Made by a program: the position numbers and the translations under genes. Positions 27,898 through 38,455 of a DNA stretch of 64,000 bases are shown here, piece by piece. The stretch is from Thermodesulfobacteriota bacterium. Lineage in GTDB: Bacteria > Desulfobacterota > QYQD01. The stretch covers positions 3,475 through 67,474 of the forward strand of contig JBFMFO010000004.1 in assembly GCA_040754095.1 (NCBI GenBank). The letters run 5' to 3'. The notes beneath the pieces were generated by a model, which saw only the letters and a list, made by a program, of their open reading frames with translations, had not been told where the DNA came from and made no database searches. Position 1 is the first letter of the stretch. Every line of letters starts with the position of its first letter.

Positions 27898-29268
27898 ATG
27901 GACTTGAAAGATAAAAAGGTTTTGGTAGTAGGGCTGGGCGCAAGCGGTAAGGAATCTGCTGCGTTTTTGCTGGAGCGCGGCGCTAAGGTCTCCATATCCG
28001 AATCGGCAGCCATTAAGGATATCCCGGAAGATAAGCTGGCCTGGATTGAAGAAAACAGGATTCCTTTGGAGTCCGGTGGACATAACATAAAGACCTTCCT
28101 TGCGGCCGGGTTGATATTGGTCAGCCCGGGTGTGCCTCTTGAGATCGGGCCTCTTAGGGCGGCCAGGCACGCCGGTATTCCGCTTATCGGGGAGATAGAA
28201 CTGGCTGCCCGTTTCATAGATACGCCTGTCATCGCGATAACCGGCACTAACGGCAAGAGCACGACTACGGAATTGATCGGGCACATTCTGGCGCATGCGG
28301 GTAAAAAGATATTCGTGGGCGGCAACATCGGCCGCCCCTTGATCGGCTATGCGGGACAGAAACAGGACAGGGATTTTGTGGTTGCGGAGATAAGCAGTTT
28401 TCAGTTGGACACTACCGAATCCTTTCGCCCCTGGCTGGGGCTCCTTTTGAACATAACCGAGGATCACCTGGATCGTTATCCATCTTTTAATGAATATGCC
28501 CTCTCCAAGTTCAGGGTTTTTGCCAACCAGACTGCCGGTGACTTTGCCGTTATTAACGCCGATGATCCTGTGGTGATGCAGTACGTAAATAAAATACCCT
28601 CCCGCATATTTGCCTTCAGCCACAAGCCACGCGGCAAAGGGGCCTACCCGGAGGGGAACAGGCTGCTCTGCCGCCTGGATCAGGAAGCTGGCGAGACATA
28701 TTCATTGGAAAAGGTGAGGCTGACGGGCGAGCATAACCTGGAAAACATCATGGCCGCCGTGCTGGCGGCCCGGATATGCGGCTGTGCGCCGTCCGCCGTA
28801 CAGGAGGCCCTGGAGACGTTTGAGGGCCTGCATCACCGCACGGAATTTGTCTGTGAGATCGGCGGCGTAAGCTTTTATGATGATTCCAAGGGGACCAATG
28901 TGGGTTCGGTGGTCAAGTCCCTGGCCGGGTTCGACCGACCGGTCATACTGATTGCCGGCGGCCGGGACAAGGGCGGCAGTTATGCGGTATTGGAAGATAT
29001 GGTGCGCAATAAGGTAAAGGCGCTTATCCTTATCGGCGAGGCTGGAGAAAAGATACGTCGGGCTTTGGGACATCTGACCCGGACTATGGAGGCCGGGACG
29101 CTGCCGGAGGCCGTGCACCTGGCCTATGCGGAGTCTGCGCCGGGGGATGTGGTTCTCCTTTCCCCGGCCTGTGCGAGTTTTGATATGTTTCGTAGTTATG
29201 CGGAGAGGGGAGATATTTTTCAGGAAGCAGCCCGGAGCTTGTTAAAAAAGAAGGCCGCCGCGATATGA
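27898..29268 (+). CDS. murD: UDP-N-acetylmuramoylalanine--D-glutamate ligase
   Basis: 456 aa: VLVVGLGASGKESAAFL and AITGTNGKSTTTEL. Confidence 0.9.
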   Translation: MDLKDKKVLVVGLGASGKESAAFLLERGAKVSISESAAIKDIPEDKLAWIEENRIPLESGGHNIKTFLAAGLILVSPGVPLEIGPLRAARHAGIPLIGEIELAARFIDTPVIAITGTNGKSTTTELIGHILAHAGKKIFVGGNIGRPLIGYAGQKQDRDFVVAEISSFQLDTTESFRPWLGLLLNITEDHLDRYPSFNEYALSKFRVFANQTAGDFAVINADDPVVMQYVNKIPSRIFAFSHKPRGKGAYPEGNRLLCRLDQEAGETYSLEKVRLTGEHNLENIMAAVLAARICGCAPSAVQEALETFEGLHHRTEFVCEIGGVSFYDDSKGTNVGSVVKSLAGFDRPVILIAGGRDKGGSYAVLEDMVRNKVKALILIGEAGEKIRRALGHLTRTMEAGTLPEAVHLAYAESAPGDVVLLSPACASFDMFRSYAERGDIFQEAARSLLKKKAAAI

Positions 29269-29290
29269 TAGACCCGTTCGAACGCTTGAC

Positions 29291-30385
29291 ATGTATGAAG
29301 CAAAGAGAATACGCATCATTGTAGCCGGGGGTGGAACCGGCGGGCATCTTTTCCCCGGGATTGCTGTGGCCAGGGAACTGATGAGCAAAGGAGATGCAAA
29401 CATCCTGTTTGTAGGCACGGGCAGGAAAATAAACGTAGAGGCCCTGCGCAGGTACGGATTTTCGTTCAAGACGATACGGGCCGAGGGTATCAAGGGGCGT
29501 GGCATGATTGGTACGGTTCGGGCCCTGGCCATGGTCCCTTTAGCGATATTACAGACACTGGCCATTTTGAGAGACTTCCGGCCTCATTTAATCCTGGGCG
29601 TCGGCGGTTATGTCTCAGGGCCGGTAACCCTTGGAGGTTGGCTTATGGGAATAAAGACCGCGATACAGGAACAGAACTCCATCCCGGGTCTGACTAACCG
29701 TATTTTAGGTCGTATTGCAGACCGGGTATTTATCTCTTATCCGGAAAGCGGAGACTATTTCCCCGGACGAAAGGCCATGCTTACCGGGAATCCGGTACGG
29801 AAAGATTTGCTGGACTCAGTCGGCAAAAATAAGGGGGTGAACGACCGTTTCACCGTCCTTATCCTGGGCGGCAGTCAGGGCGCACACCGCATAAATGAGA
29901 TTATAACTGCTGCCCTGGCCGGTCTGAATGACCTGAAGGAACGACTTTACTTTATTCACCAGACCGGCGAGAAAGACGAGGGCTGGGTAAGGGACGCCTA
30001 TCAGCAGGCCGGGTTTGAGGCCACGGTCTCCACATTTATTAATGACATGGGATGGGCCTATGGCCGGGCAAACGTTGTGGTATGCAGGGCCGGGGCCGGT
30101 ACTTTGGCTGAATTGACCGCTATCGGGAAACCTGCCCTGTTAATCCCTTATCCTTATGCGGCCAATAACCATCAGGAGGTAAATGCCCGCTGCCTGGAAA
30201 AGGCCGGCGCCGCCAGGGTATATTTGCAGGCCGACCTCAGGCCGGATATTCTGGCCGGGGAGATTAAATCGCTGTATAAAGATCAGAGCGCTCTTAAGAA
30301 TATGGCCGTCCGGTCATTGGCTCTGGGCAAGGCAGACGCCGCGGCGCTTATTGCGAAAGAGTGTCTTAAGATGATAGGCGGTTGA
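29291..30385 (+). CDS. murG: undecaprenyldiphospho-muramoylpentapeptide beta-N-acetylglucosaminyltransferase
   Basis: 364 aa: IIVAGGGTGGHLFPGIAVAREL. Confidence 0.9.
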   Translation: MYEAKRIRIIVAGGGTGGHLFPGIAVARELMSKGDANILFVGTGRKINVEALRRYGFSFKTIRAEGIKGRGMIGTVRALAMVPLAILQTLAILRDFRPHLILGVGGYVSGPVTLGGWLMGIKTAIQEQNSIPGLTNRILGRIADRVFISYPESGDYFPGRKAMLTGNPVRKDLLDSVGKNKGVNDRFTVLILGGSQGAHRINEIITAALAGLNDLKERLYFIHQTGEKDEGWVRDAYQQAGFEATVSTFINDMGWAYGRANVVVCRAGAGTLAELTAIGKPALLIPYPYAANNHQEVNARCLEKAGAARVYLQADLRPDILAGEIKSLYKDQSALKNMAVRSLALGKADAAALIAKECLKMIGG

Positions 30386-30388
30386 TAA

Positions 30389-31762
30389 ATGTATAAAACC
30401 GGTCAACATATACACTTTGTAGGCATAGGCGGCATCGGCATGAGCGGCATAGCCGAGGTTCTAATCAACCTGGGCTATAAGGTCAGCGGCTCCGATCTGG
30501 CCGAGACGGACATTACCCGCCGCCTGAGCAGACTGGGTTGCACCGTGCATAAAGGACATGATCCCCAAAATGTACATGGGGCCGCTGTCCTGGTTACTTC
30601 TTCAGCCGTAACCAGGGATAACCCCGAGGTGCAGTATGCCCGGGAGGCCATGATCCCGGTCATCCCGCGGGCGGAGATGCTGGCGGAGTTGATGCGTCTG
30701 AAGTACGGCATTGCCGTGGCCGGCGCGCACGGCAAGACCACTACCACTTCCATGGTAGCTACGGTACTGGCTCAGGGCGGTCTTGATCCCACGGTGGTTA
30801 TCGGCGGCAAGCTCAACAGCCTGGGAAGCAACGCCAAGCTGGGACAGGGCAAATTTCTGGTGGCCGAGGCCGATGAGAGCGACGGTTCCTTCATGCATCT
30901 TTCTCCGAGCATCGTGGTGGTAACCAATGTCGATGTCGAACACCTCGACTACTACGGCAACCTGGAGTGCATTAAGACTACCTTCCTCGAATTTATAAAT
31001 AAAGTGCCCTTTTATGGGATAGCCATCGTCTGCCTGGACGATAACCATATTCCATCTTTTATCCCCTATATTAAAAAACGCTATGCTACCTACGGCCTCA
31101 GCGCTCAGGCCGATTTTCAGGCGCGGGATGTCCGCTGGGCAGGGTTGGGAGGACGCTACATTGCTTATCATCTGGGGCAGGAACTTGGAGAGATCAACCT
31201 GAGCGTCCCCGGCATACATAATGTCTATAATTCCCTGGCGGCGGTGGTCTGCGGTCTTGAACTCGATATACCGTTCGCCGACATACAGACTGCCCTGCAA
31301 CAGTTCAGCGGCGTCCAGCGCCGTTTTCAGATCAAAGGGGAAATCAACGGCATTATTGTCGTAGATGATTACGGTCATCACCCCACGGAAATTAAGGCCA
31401 CCCTTACCGCGATGCGGCAATGCTGGGAAGAGAAGCGGCTCATCGTCATTTTCCAACCCCACCGTTACACGCGGACGCAGGCCCTTTTTGAGGATTTTGT
31501 GAAGGCCTTTTACCAGACAGACGTGCTCATACTGACCGAGATTTATGCGGCCGGCGAGAAGCCGATTCCGGGTGTAGAGGCAAAAGATCTGTGTGAGAGT
31601 ATCCGCCGGCAGGGGCATAAGGATGTGCAATTTATACCGGACAGAGCGGCTATAGCCTCTCATCTCGAGTCGATAGTCCGTCCCGGGGATGTGGTCTTGA
31701 CCCTGGGAGCCGGCAATATCTGGCAGGTAGGAGAAGAGCTGCTGACGCGGCTTGGAAAATGA
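30389..31762 (+). CDS. murC: UDP-N-acetylmuramate--L-alanine ligase
   Basis: 457 aa: [18 protein letters not shown] and [13 protein letters not shown]. Confidence 0.9.
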   Translation: MYKTGQHIHFVGIGGIGMSGIAEVLINLGYKVSGSDLAETDITRRLSRLGCTVHKGHDPQNVHGAAVLVTSSAVTRDNPEVQYAREAMIPVIPRAEMLAELMRLKYGIAVAGAHGKTTTTSMVATVLAQGGLDPTVVIGGKLNSLGSNAKLGQGKFLVAEADESDGSFMHLSPSIVVVTNVDVEHLDYYGNLECIKTTFLEFINKVPFYGIAIVCLDDNHIPSFIPYIKKRYATYGLSAQADFQARDVRWAGLGGRYIAYHLGQELGEINLSVPGIHNVYNSLAAVVCGLELDIPFADIQTALQQFSGVQRRFQIKGEINGIIVVDDYGHHPTEIKATLTAMRQCWEEKRLIVIFQPHRYTRTQALFEDFVKAFYQTDVLILTEIYAAGEKPIPGVEAKDLCESIRRQGHKDVQFIPDRAAIASHLESIVRPGDVVLTLGAGNIWQVGEELLTRLGK

Positions 31763-32679
31763 ACAAAAGGGTAAAAAGGCAATTAGAGAAGTTATGTGAC
31801 GGCGCGGTGCTGTTTGATGAGCCGCTGGCGCGCTGGACAACCCTTAAGGTGGGCGGCCCGGCCGGCGCCCTGGTTATGCCCCGCAGTCTCAACGCCCTGG
31901 GGCAAATCCTGACCTTTGCGCGTCAGGAAGGCGTACCTTATTTTGTTATCGGCCGGGGGACAAACCTGGTAGTTAAAGACCGTGGATTTAACGGTGTAGT
32001 TATTTCCCTGAAGATGGGATTCAAGAAGATGACGGTCACGGACTTAAAAGACAGGCCTACCGTTTTAGTTACCGTGGAGGGAGGGGTCTATCTCCCGCAA
32101 CTGGTTCGATTTACGGCTAAGGCCGGATTTTCCGGCCTGGAGTTTGCCGCCGGTATCCCCGGCTCAACAGGTGGAGCCATATCCATGAACGCCGGCTCCT
32201 GGGGCGGTGAGATAAAAGACCGTTTGCAGGAGATCAGCGTCCTGGATGAGGAAGGAAAAGTCGGGCGATGGGAGAGGAGCCGTCTCTCCTTCGGCTATCG
32301 CACTCTTTTAGTCCCTAAAGAGGGCGCCATCCTTTCCGGCACCTTTTGCCTGGAGAGGAGCAATCCCGGGCAGGTTCAGGATATGGTCACCTCTAACCTG
32401 GCGCGTAAACGCGCTACCCAGCCCCTTCGTCAGCCCAGCGCCGGCTCTATTTTTAAAAACCCGGCCGGCCTGTCTGCCGGTAAATTGATCGAGATGGCCG
32501 GATTAAAGGGGATGCGTTGTGGAGGGGCCCTGGTATCACGGAAGCACGCCAATTTCATAGTCAATACCGGCGGGGCCACGGCCTCGGACATCCTCGGCCT
32601 GCTGGGCCTGGTTCGCGATCAGGTCCAGGCCCGCTTTGGAGTAAAATTGGAGCCAGAGGTAGAGATCATTGGTGCGTAG
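31759..32679 (+). CDS. murB: UDP-N-acetylenolpyruvoylglucosamine reductase
   Basis: 306 aa: FAD-binding [11 protein letters not shown] and a GSIFKNP motif. Confidence 0.9.
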   Translation: MNKRVKRQLEKLCDGAVLFDEPLARWTTLKVGGPAGALVMPRSLNALGQILTFARQEGVPYFVIGRGTNLVVKDRGFNGVVISLKMGFKKMTVTDLKDRPTVLVTVEGGVYLPQLVRFTAKAGFSGLEFAAGIPGSTGGAISMNAGSWGGEIKDRLQEISVLDEEGKVGRWERSRLSFGYRTLLVPKEGAILSGTFCLERSNPGQVQDMVTSNLARKRATQPLRQPSAGSIFKNPAGLSAGKLIEMAGLKGMRCGGALVSRKHANFIVNTGGATASDILGLLGLVRDQVQARFGVKLEPEVEIIGA

Positions 32680-33478
32680 TTATAAAAGGATGCCGCAAAG
32701 GCCGGACAGCCGCCGTAAAAAGCGCATAATCTTATTGTTTGGGCTGGCGCTGCTGCTGTCTTTGTCCGTGGGCGGCATCTTTTTGACAAGAACTTGCTGC
32801 CGCTGGATGTATCAATCCAGCCTCTTTCGTATTAATTCAGTGCATATCACCGGGTGCCAGCGCATTTCCAAGGAAGAGATACGTAATCTGGCCAATGTGG
32901 ATATACACAGCAATATACTGGCGATTGATGCGGATAAAATCGGCCGGACACTGGAGACGCACCCCTGGGTCAAACAGGCCATCGTGCGCAAGGAACTGCC
33001 CGACCGCCTTTATATCCGCATTGTGGAAAAACAGCCGGTAGCTCTGCTGCAGGATAACGGGCTTTATTACGTTGATAAAGAGGGCGTAATAATCGCACGG
33101 ACCAATCTGGCTGAGAATATGGATTATCCGATTATAACCGGCTTAAAGAAGGGAGAGTTGCTCTCTGATTCGGAAAAGGTCGGGCATCTGCGGGAGCTTT
33201 TGCCGCTTCTCTATGCCAAAAAGAACGTGGAAGATGTGCTGCCGGCCAGAAATATCTCTGAAATCCACATAGACCCCAAGATGGGCCTGGTTCTACATAC
33301 AGTAGATGGACGTTTCCCCATAAGACTGGGGATGGGGGATATGGCAAAAAAATTCAGGAGACTGGAAATGGTCCTTTATGACCTTTATTTGAAGGAGGCC
33401 TATAATTCGGTCAGCTATGTTGATTGCGAGTATTATAATGGAAAAATTATGATCCGAAAGACCATCAACCTGTCCTAG
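32669..33478 (+). CDS. ftsQ: cell division protein FtsQ (POTRA domain)
   Basis: 269 aa: N-terminal TM helix followed by a POTRA-like region; canonical position before ftsA. Confidence 0.7.
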   Translation: MVRSYKRMPQRPDSRRKKRIILLFGLALLLSLSVGGIFLTRTCCRWMYQSSLFRINSVHITGCQRISKEEIRNLANVDIHSNILAIDADKIGRTLETHPWVKQAIVRKELPDRLYIRIVEKQPVALLQDNGLYYVDKEGVIIARTNLAENMDYPIITGLKKGELLSDSEKVGHLRELLPLLYAKKNVEDVLPARNISEIHIDPKMGLVLHTVDGRFPIRLGMGDMAKKFRRLEMVLYDLYLKEAYNSVSYVDCEYYNGKIMIRKTINLS

Positions 33479-33783
33479 GGGAATTGTGACAGTTTAGGTT
33501 TTTGAAACGCTATGGGCTATGAAATACGTTGGATCTCCGGATACAGCGTGGCTTCAAATCCGAAATCCGAAGCACGAATCTCGAAACAATATCGAATGAG
33601 TAAAATCCGAATGATCAAAACGAATTGACCACGCTGTGGTTTTGAACATTGAGACATTAGGGATTTGAATTTGTTTCGAATTTCGATATTCGAATTTCGG
33701 ATTTAGCTCCGATCCCGAAGCAATCGGAACTTTCGGATTTAATAACCGTTTCAAAGGGCTAAAGTGATACGAGGAATTTAATT
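33479..33783. repeat. ~300-bp AT-rich spacer built from TCGAA/CCGAAAT-type repeats arranged as a long imperfect palindrome (ftsQ-ftsA spacer)
   Basis: Left arm ...CAAATCCGAAATCCGAAGCACGAATCTCGAAACAATATCGAATG; right arm ...GTTTCGAATTTCGATATTCGAATTTCGGATTT. Inner IR ACAGCGTGG/CCACGCTGT. Confidence 0.5.
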
Positions 33784-35016
33784 ATGGATAAAGATCAAGG
33801 GGATATTATTGTCGGCCTGGATATCGGCACGACCAAGATCTGTGCGGTAGTAGGAGAAGTAACTGAAAATACGATAAAGATTGTGGGAGTCGGCTCCCAT
33901 CCGTCTATCGGCCTGCGCAAGGGTGTGGTGGTTAATATTGAAAGCACCGTCAACTCCATCCAGAAGGCCATAGAAGAGGCGGAATTGATGGCGGGCTGTG
34001 AGATAAAGTCCGTCTATGCCGGTATCGCCGGCAGCCACATCAAGGGTTTTAACAGCCACGGCGTGATTGCCATCAAAGGGCGCGAGGTAGGGCAGAATGA
34101 TATAGACCGGGTGATCGACGCGGCCCGGGCCGTAGCCATACCGATGGACCGTGAGGTTATCCACATCCTGCCGCAGGAATATATCGTAGATGATCAGGAC
34201 GGCATACTTGACCCTTTAGGCATGACCGGTGTCCGCCTGGAGGCCAAGGTGCACATTATAACCGGGGCCGTTACCTCGGCGCACAACATAATAAAGTGTT
34301 GCAACCGGGCCGGACTGGATGTCTGCGACATAGTGCTGGAGTCCCTGGCCTCGGCGGAAGCGGTTTTGAGCGATGAAGAGAAAGACCTGGGGGTGGCGCT
34401 GATCGATTTCGGCGGCGGCACCACCGATTTGGCTGTTTTCACCGGCGGCAGCATAAGGCACACCTCGGTGTTGGGTCTGGGCGGCAATAACCTGACCAAT
34501 GATATTGCCGTGGGTCTGCGCACGCCCATGGCCGAGGCGGAAAAAATCAAGGTTAGGCACGGTTGTTGTCTGAATACCATGATCCAGAAAGATCAGACCA
34601 TCGAAGTCCCCAGCGTAGGCGGCAGGAAACCGCGCATCGTCTCGCGGTATATATTGAGTGAGATACTGGAGCCGCGGGTGGAAGAAGTGTTTAGCCTGAT
34701 TGATCAGGAGATAGTTCGTTCCGGTTTTAAGGAACTTGTTGCCGCGGGCCTGATAGTTACCGGCGGCTCAGCCTTGCTGGAAGGCATACCGGAGATGGCC
34801 GAACAGATATTCAACTTACCGACACGCGTCGGTTATCCCAAGGGCGTTACCGGGCTGGTGGATGTAATAAACAGTCCCATGTATGCAACGGCTGTGGGCC
34901 TTCTCATATACGGACTCAATAATGAACCGGAAAGAAAATTCCGCATCCGGGATGAACATATCTTTAACCGGGTCACAGGCCGGATGAAAAGATGGTTCAA
35001 AGATAAGATATTATAG
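33784..35016 (+). CDS. ftsA: cell division protein FtsA
   Basis: 410 aa, actin-like ATPase: VGLDIGTTKICAVVGEV. Confidence 0.9.
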   Translation: MDKDQGDIIVGLDIGTTKICAVVGEVTENTIKIVGVGSHPSIGLRKGVVVNIESTVNSIQKAIEEAELMAGCEIKSVYAGIAGSHIKGFNSHGVIAIKGREVGQNDIDRVIDAARAVAIPMDREVIHILPQEYIVDDQDGILDPLGMTGVRLEAKVHIITGAVTSAHNIIKCCNRAGLDVCDIVLESLASAEAVLSDEEKDLGVALIDFGGGTTDLAVFTGGSIRHTSVLGLGGNNLTNDIAVGLRTPMAEAEKIKVRHGCCLNTMIQKDQTIEVPSVGGRKPRIVSRYILSEILEPRVEEVFSLIDQEIVRSGFKELVAAGLIVTGGSALLEGIPEMAEQIFNLPTRVGYPKGVTGLVDVINSPMYATAVGLLIYGLNNEPERKFRIRDEHIFNRVTGRMKRWFKDKIL

Positions 35017-35044
35017 TATTCATATATAAAGGGGGTAGGGGGTT

Positions 35045-36262
35045 ATGCTCTTTACGTTTGCAGAAGATAACTATGCGGCGAAAATCAAGGTCTTCGGCAT
35101 TGGCGGCGGCGGCACAAATGCGGTCAGAAATATGATCAGGTCCGACTTAAAGGGCGTTTGTTTTGTAGCCGCCAACACAGACGCCCAGGCCCTAGAGGTG
35201 GCCAGCGCAGACATCAAGATCCCGCTTGGCGCAGAAGTAACCCGGGGGCTGGGGGCCGGGGCTGATCCGGACAAGGGCCGACAGGCCGCCCTGGAGAGCA
35301 TAGACAAGATACGCGAAGCCCTGGCCGGCAGTGACATGGTCTTCGTTACCGCCGGTATGGGCGGCGGGACCGGCACCGGCGGTGCGCCGATTGTGGCCCA
35401 GATCGGTAAGGAGCTGGGCGCCCTCACCGTAGCTGTAGTTACCAAGCCATTTCATTTTGAAGGAAAAAAGCGCATGCGGCAGGCCGAAGACGGCATCCGC
35501 GAATTAAAAAAACATGTCGATACCCTCATCACTATCCCCAATGACCGCCTCCTGAGCCTTGCAGAAAAGAATGCTACTTTCCTCGACATGCTGAAAAAGG
35601 CCGACGATGTGCTTCTTTATGCCGTAAGGGGAATCTCAGATGTAATTACCGTGCCCGGTCTCATCAATGTGGATTTTGCTGATGTCAGAACCATTATGTC
35701 GGAAATGGGCCTGGCCCTCATGGGCACCGGCATTGCCTCCGGCGAAAACCGGGCGGTGGAGGCCGCGCAAAAGGCCATCTCCAGCCCCCTCCTGGAAGAT
35801 ATATCCATAAGCGGAGCGCGTGGGGTCTTGATCAACATCTCCTGTAACCATAGCCTGACCATGGATGAGGTATATGCCGCCTCTTCCCTTATCCAGAAAG
35901 AGGCGCATGAAGATGCCAATATCATCTTCGGTTCGGTTCTGGATGATGCCCTTGGGGATGAGCTCCGCGTCACGGTCATCGCCACCGGCATCAACACAGA
36001 GGAAGAAAGCGAGAAGGATGCATCTCCGCCTCAGACCGTTCTGCCGCGGCTTCAGCCCAGAAAACAGGATGCTCCGGCCCGGCCTTGGCTCGGGAGCAGA
36101 GGGCCGTCTTCGTCTCCGGAAGGCCAGAGCGTGGAGCGTTTGCCCAGGACTATACTGCCCGGAAATACTAACCTACAGCGAAAACGCAGTTTCTCCGATA
36201 CCGCGGCCATGGATGAAGAAGAACTGGATGTGCCGACATTTTTACGCCGGCAGGCAGACTGA
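35045..36262 (+). CDS. ftsZ: cell division GTPase FtsZ
   Basis: 405 aa: GGGTGTGAAPIVA tubulin signature and a C-terminal conserved peptide. Confidence 0.95.
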   Translation: MLFTFAEDNYAAKIKVFGIGGGGTNAVRNMIRSDLKGVCFVAANTDAQALEVASADIKIPLGAEVTRGLGAGADPDKGRQAALESIDKIREALAGSDMVFVTAGMGGGTGTGGAPIVAQIGKELGALTVAVVTKPFHFEGKKRMRQAEDGIRELKKHVDTLITIPNDRLLSLAEKNATFLDMLKKADDVLLYAVRGISDVITVPGLINVDFADVRTIMSEMGLALMGTGIASGENRAVEAAQKAISSPLLEDISISGARGVLINISCNHSLTMDEVYAASSLIQKEAHEDANIIFGSVLDDALGDELRVTVIATGINTEEESEKDASPPQTVLPRLQPRKQDAPARPWLGSRGPSSSPEGQSVERLPRTILPGNTNLQRKRSFSDTAAMDEEELDVPTFLRRQAD

Positions 36263-36299
36263 TTTTGATGATTGCCACAGAGAACACAGCGCGGCATAG

Positions 36300-36385
36300 C
36301 CGCAACCAAAAAAGTTCACGGTTCCGAGTTCCACGTTCACGGTTTTTTAACCCTGAACTGTGAACGTTGAACTTTGAACTTCTTG
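36300..36385. promoter_or_regulatory. symmetric array of GTTCAC(G)/TGAAC repeats upstream of the radical SAM gene
   Basis: AGTTCACGGTTCCGAGTTCCACGTTCACGG...CTGAACTGTGAACGTTGAACTTTGAACTT: three GTTCA half-sites face four TGAAC half-sites. Confidence 0.4.
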
Positions 36386-36395
36386 AAGGAGATTA

Positions 36396-38099
36396 TTGTA
36401 CAAAAAGCAGGTTTTAAGCAAGGAACTTCTCGCCGCCGAAAAGGGAGTAATCAGGAAGAAATGGCACGGTAAATTACCCGTAGCCCTCATTTATCCCAAC
36501 CATTACCATGTGGGCATGTCCAGCCTGGGCTATCAGGTCGTTTATGCCCTTTTTAATCGGAATCCGTGCGTGGTCTGTGAACGCATCTTCCTGCCGGAGG
36601 AGGGCGAATCTCCTTTTTCCATAGAGTCCCACCGGCCCCTGACCGATTTTAAGGTCCTGGCATTTTCCATCTCTTTTGAGAACGATTATCTGAATGTCCT
36701 GAAGATCCTCCAGGCCTCAGGCATCCCCATACGGACAGAAGATCGCAGCGATAAACATCCTCTGGTCATGGCCGGGGGGGTAGCAACCTTCCTCAATCCG
36801 GAGCCATTGGCCGGATATATAGACTGCTTTTTACTGGGCGAGGGGGAAGAAACCATTCCGCCTTTTCTCGATCTGTTGATAGAAAAGCAGTTTTTCGGAC
36901 AGGATCGCCGGAAGGCGCTCCGGGAACTGGCCTCCCGCCTTGACGGCCTCTATGTCCCGCAATTCTATCAGCCGGGCTACGATAAAAAGGGACGGTTAAA
37001 ATCCTTTGAGCCGGTTGAAGGGTTGCCGCAGAGCGTAAAAAGAATGAGCGTGCCTATAGTAAGGGCCGCCGAGAGACACACTATTGTCCTTACCCCCAAC
37101 ACCGAATTTGGAGACAAATTTCTTATTGAGATAGGGAGCGGATGTTCGCGAGGATGTCGTTTCTGTGCGGCGGGTTTTATCTATCGTCCGCCCCGGCCCT
37201 GGCCGGAAGAAGTCATAAATAGGGTAATTGCCGGGGCCGGGGATATTGATAAGGTGGGTCTGGTAGGGGTAGAGATTGCCGATGCCGAGGCCATAGAGCG
37301 TATCTGCAAGCATCTCATCGCACACGGTAAGGAGGTTTCGTTTTCGTCCCTGCGGGCGGACTGCCTGACCCCGGAACTCCTGGCCGCCCTGAAAACCGCC
37401 GGGTTAAAGACGGTCACCATAGCTCCAGACGCCGGATCGGAGCGCCTGCGGCGGGTAATTAATAAGGGACTGGATGAAAAAACCATAGTGGAGGCAACCG
37501 AGAGATTGGCTCAGTGGGATATCCTGAATCTCAAGCTCTATTTTATGATCGGCCTGCCTACGGAAGAAAGAGAAGATGTAGAGGCCATTGTCCACCTGAC
37601 CAAAAAGATAAAACATCATATCCTTAAAATATGCCGGGATAAAAGGCGCATGGGTACCATAACGCTCAGTGTTAACTGCTTCGTGCCCAAACCCTGGACG
37701 CCTTTCCAGTGGGTGGCCATGGATGAGTTGGAGTCGCTGCAGGACAAGATAAAGATTATCAGTCACGGCCTGCGCCACGAGGGAAACGTCCGAACCACGT
37801 TCGATGTGCCCAAGTGGGCTTACGTGCAGGCCCTCCTGGCCCGAGGAGATCGCCGGATCGGGTCTTTCCTGGAGGCGGCGTTAAAGACAGGTAGCTGGAA
37901 GAAGGCTTATAAAGAAGTGGACTTAAATCCTGATTTCTTTGTCTCCCGCGAGCGGGATCGGGATGAACTTTTCCCCTGGGATTTTATCGGCCATGGCATA
38001 AATAAAGACTACCTGTGGGAAGAATACCAGAAGGCCCTGAAGGCCGAAAAGACCATCCCCTGCCAGGTGGGAATATGCAAGCGGTGCGGGGTGTGCTGA
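36396..38099 (+). CDS. B12-binding-domain radical SAM protein
   Basis: 567 aa: CSRGCRFCAAGF CxxxCxxC radical-SAM motif preceded by a B12-binding-like N-domain. TTG start with a GGAG RBS; C-terminus ...CQVGICKRCGVC. Confidence 0.8.
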   Translation: MYKKQVLSKELLAAEKGVIRKKWHGKLPVALIYPNHYHVGMSSLGYQVVYALFNRNPCVVCERIFLPEEGESPFSIESHRPLTDFKVLAFSISFENDYLNVLKILQASGIPIRTEDRSDKHPLVMAGGVATFLNPEPLAGYIDCFLLGEGEETIPPFLDLLIEKQFFGQDRRKALRELASRLDGLYVPQFYQPGYDKKGRLKSFEPVEGLPQSVKRMSVPIVRAAERHTIVLTPNTEFGDKFLIEIGSGCSRGCRFCAAGFIYRPPRPWPEEVINRVIAGAGDIDKVGLVGVEIADAEAIERICKHLIAHGKEVSFSSLRADCLTPELLAALKTAGLKTVTIAPDAGSERLRRVINKGLDEKTIVEATERLAQWDILNLKLYFMIGLPTEEREDVEAIVHLTKKIKHHILKICRDKRRMGTITLSVNCFVPKPWTPFQWVAMDELESLQDKIKIISHGLRHEGNVRTTFDVPKWAYVQALLARGDRRIGSFLEAALKTGSWKKAYKEVDLNPDFFVSRERDRDELFPWDFIGHGINKDYLWEEYQKALKAEKTIPCQVGICKRCGVC

Positions 38100-38139
38100 T
38101 ACATAAAATGGCAAAGCGCATTAACCGTGAGGTTAAGAC
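38010..38139 (+). repeat. R1: native 3' end of the radical SAM gene plus ~40 bp downstream (reference copy of a triplicated ~130-bp direct repeat)
   Basis: CTACCTGTGGGAAGAATACCAGAAGGCCCT...GGCAAAGCGCATTAACCGTGAGGTTAAGAC. Degenerate copies lie at 39029-39156 and 40298-40425. Confidence 0.8.
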
Positions 38140-38169
38140 GTTAAAGATTTTCTTGACATGGTTATTTAT

Positions 38170-38197
38170 GTGGATTACCATAGCTATGGTAATCCAC
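38170..38197. promoter_or_regulatory. perfect 28-bp palindrome, putative operator of the RHH antitoxin promoter
   Basis: GTGGATTACCATAGCTATGGTAATCCAC lies immediately downstream of TTGACA at 38153-38158. Confidence 0.5.
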
Positions 38198-38221
38198 ATA
38201 TAGGGAGGGCCGATAGTTACT

Positions 38222-38455
38222 ATGAGAACTGTGCAGATGACACTCGATGACGATCTGGTAGAGGCAGTAGACCGTGCTGCGAAACGGCTTCACACATCAC
38301 GATCGGCTTTTACCAGGGATGCGTTGCGTGATGCGCTCACGCGCTACAGTGTAGCAAGGCTCGAGCAGAAGCACCGCCGGGGATACAAGGCGCAACCCGT
38401 CAAGAAGGGCGAGTTCAGTGTGTGGGAAGATGAGCAGGCGTGGGGGGATGAATGA
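38222..38455 (+). CDS. ribbon-helix-helix (CopG-like) antitoxin
   Basis: 77 aa: MRTVQMTLDDDLVEAVDRAAKRLHTSRSAFTRDALRDAL. Stop overlaps the toxin start (ATGA). Confidence 0.7.
   Translation: MRTVQMTLDDDLVEAVDRAAKRLHTSRSAFTRDALRDALTRYSVARLEQKHRRGYKAQPVKKGEFSVWEDEQAWGDE

Noticed and set aside
33554-33754. 66-aa minus-strand ORF in the ftsQ-ftsA spacer
   Set aside because: It lies entirely within the TCGAA/CCGAAAT repeat palindrome, has low-complexity composition, and has no RBS.
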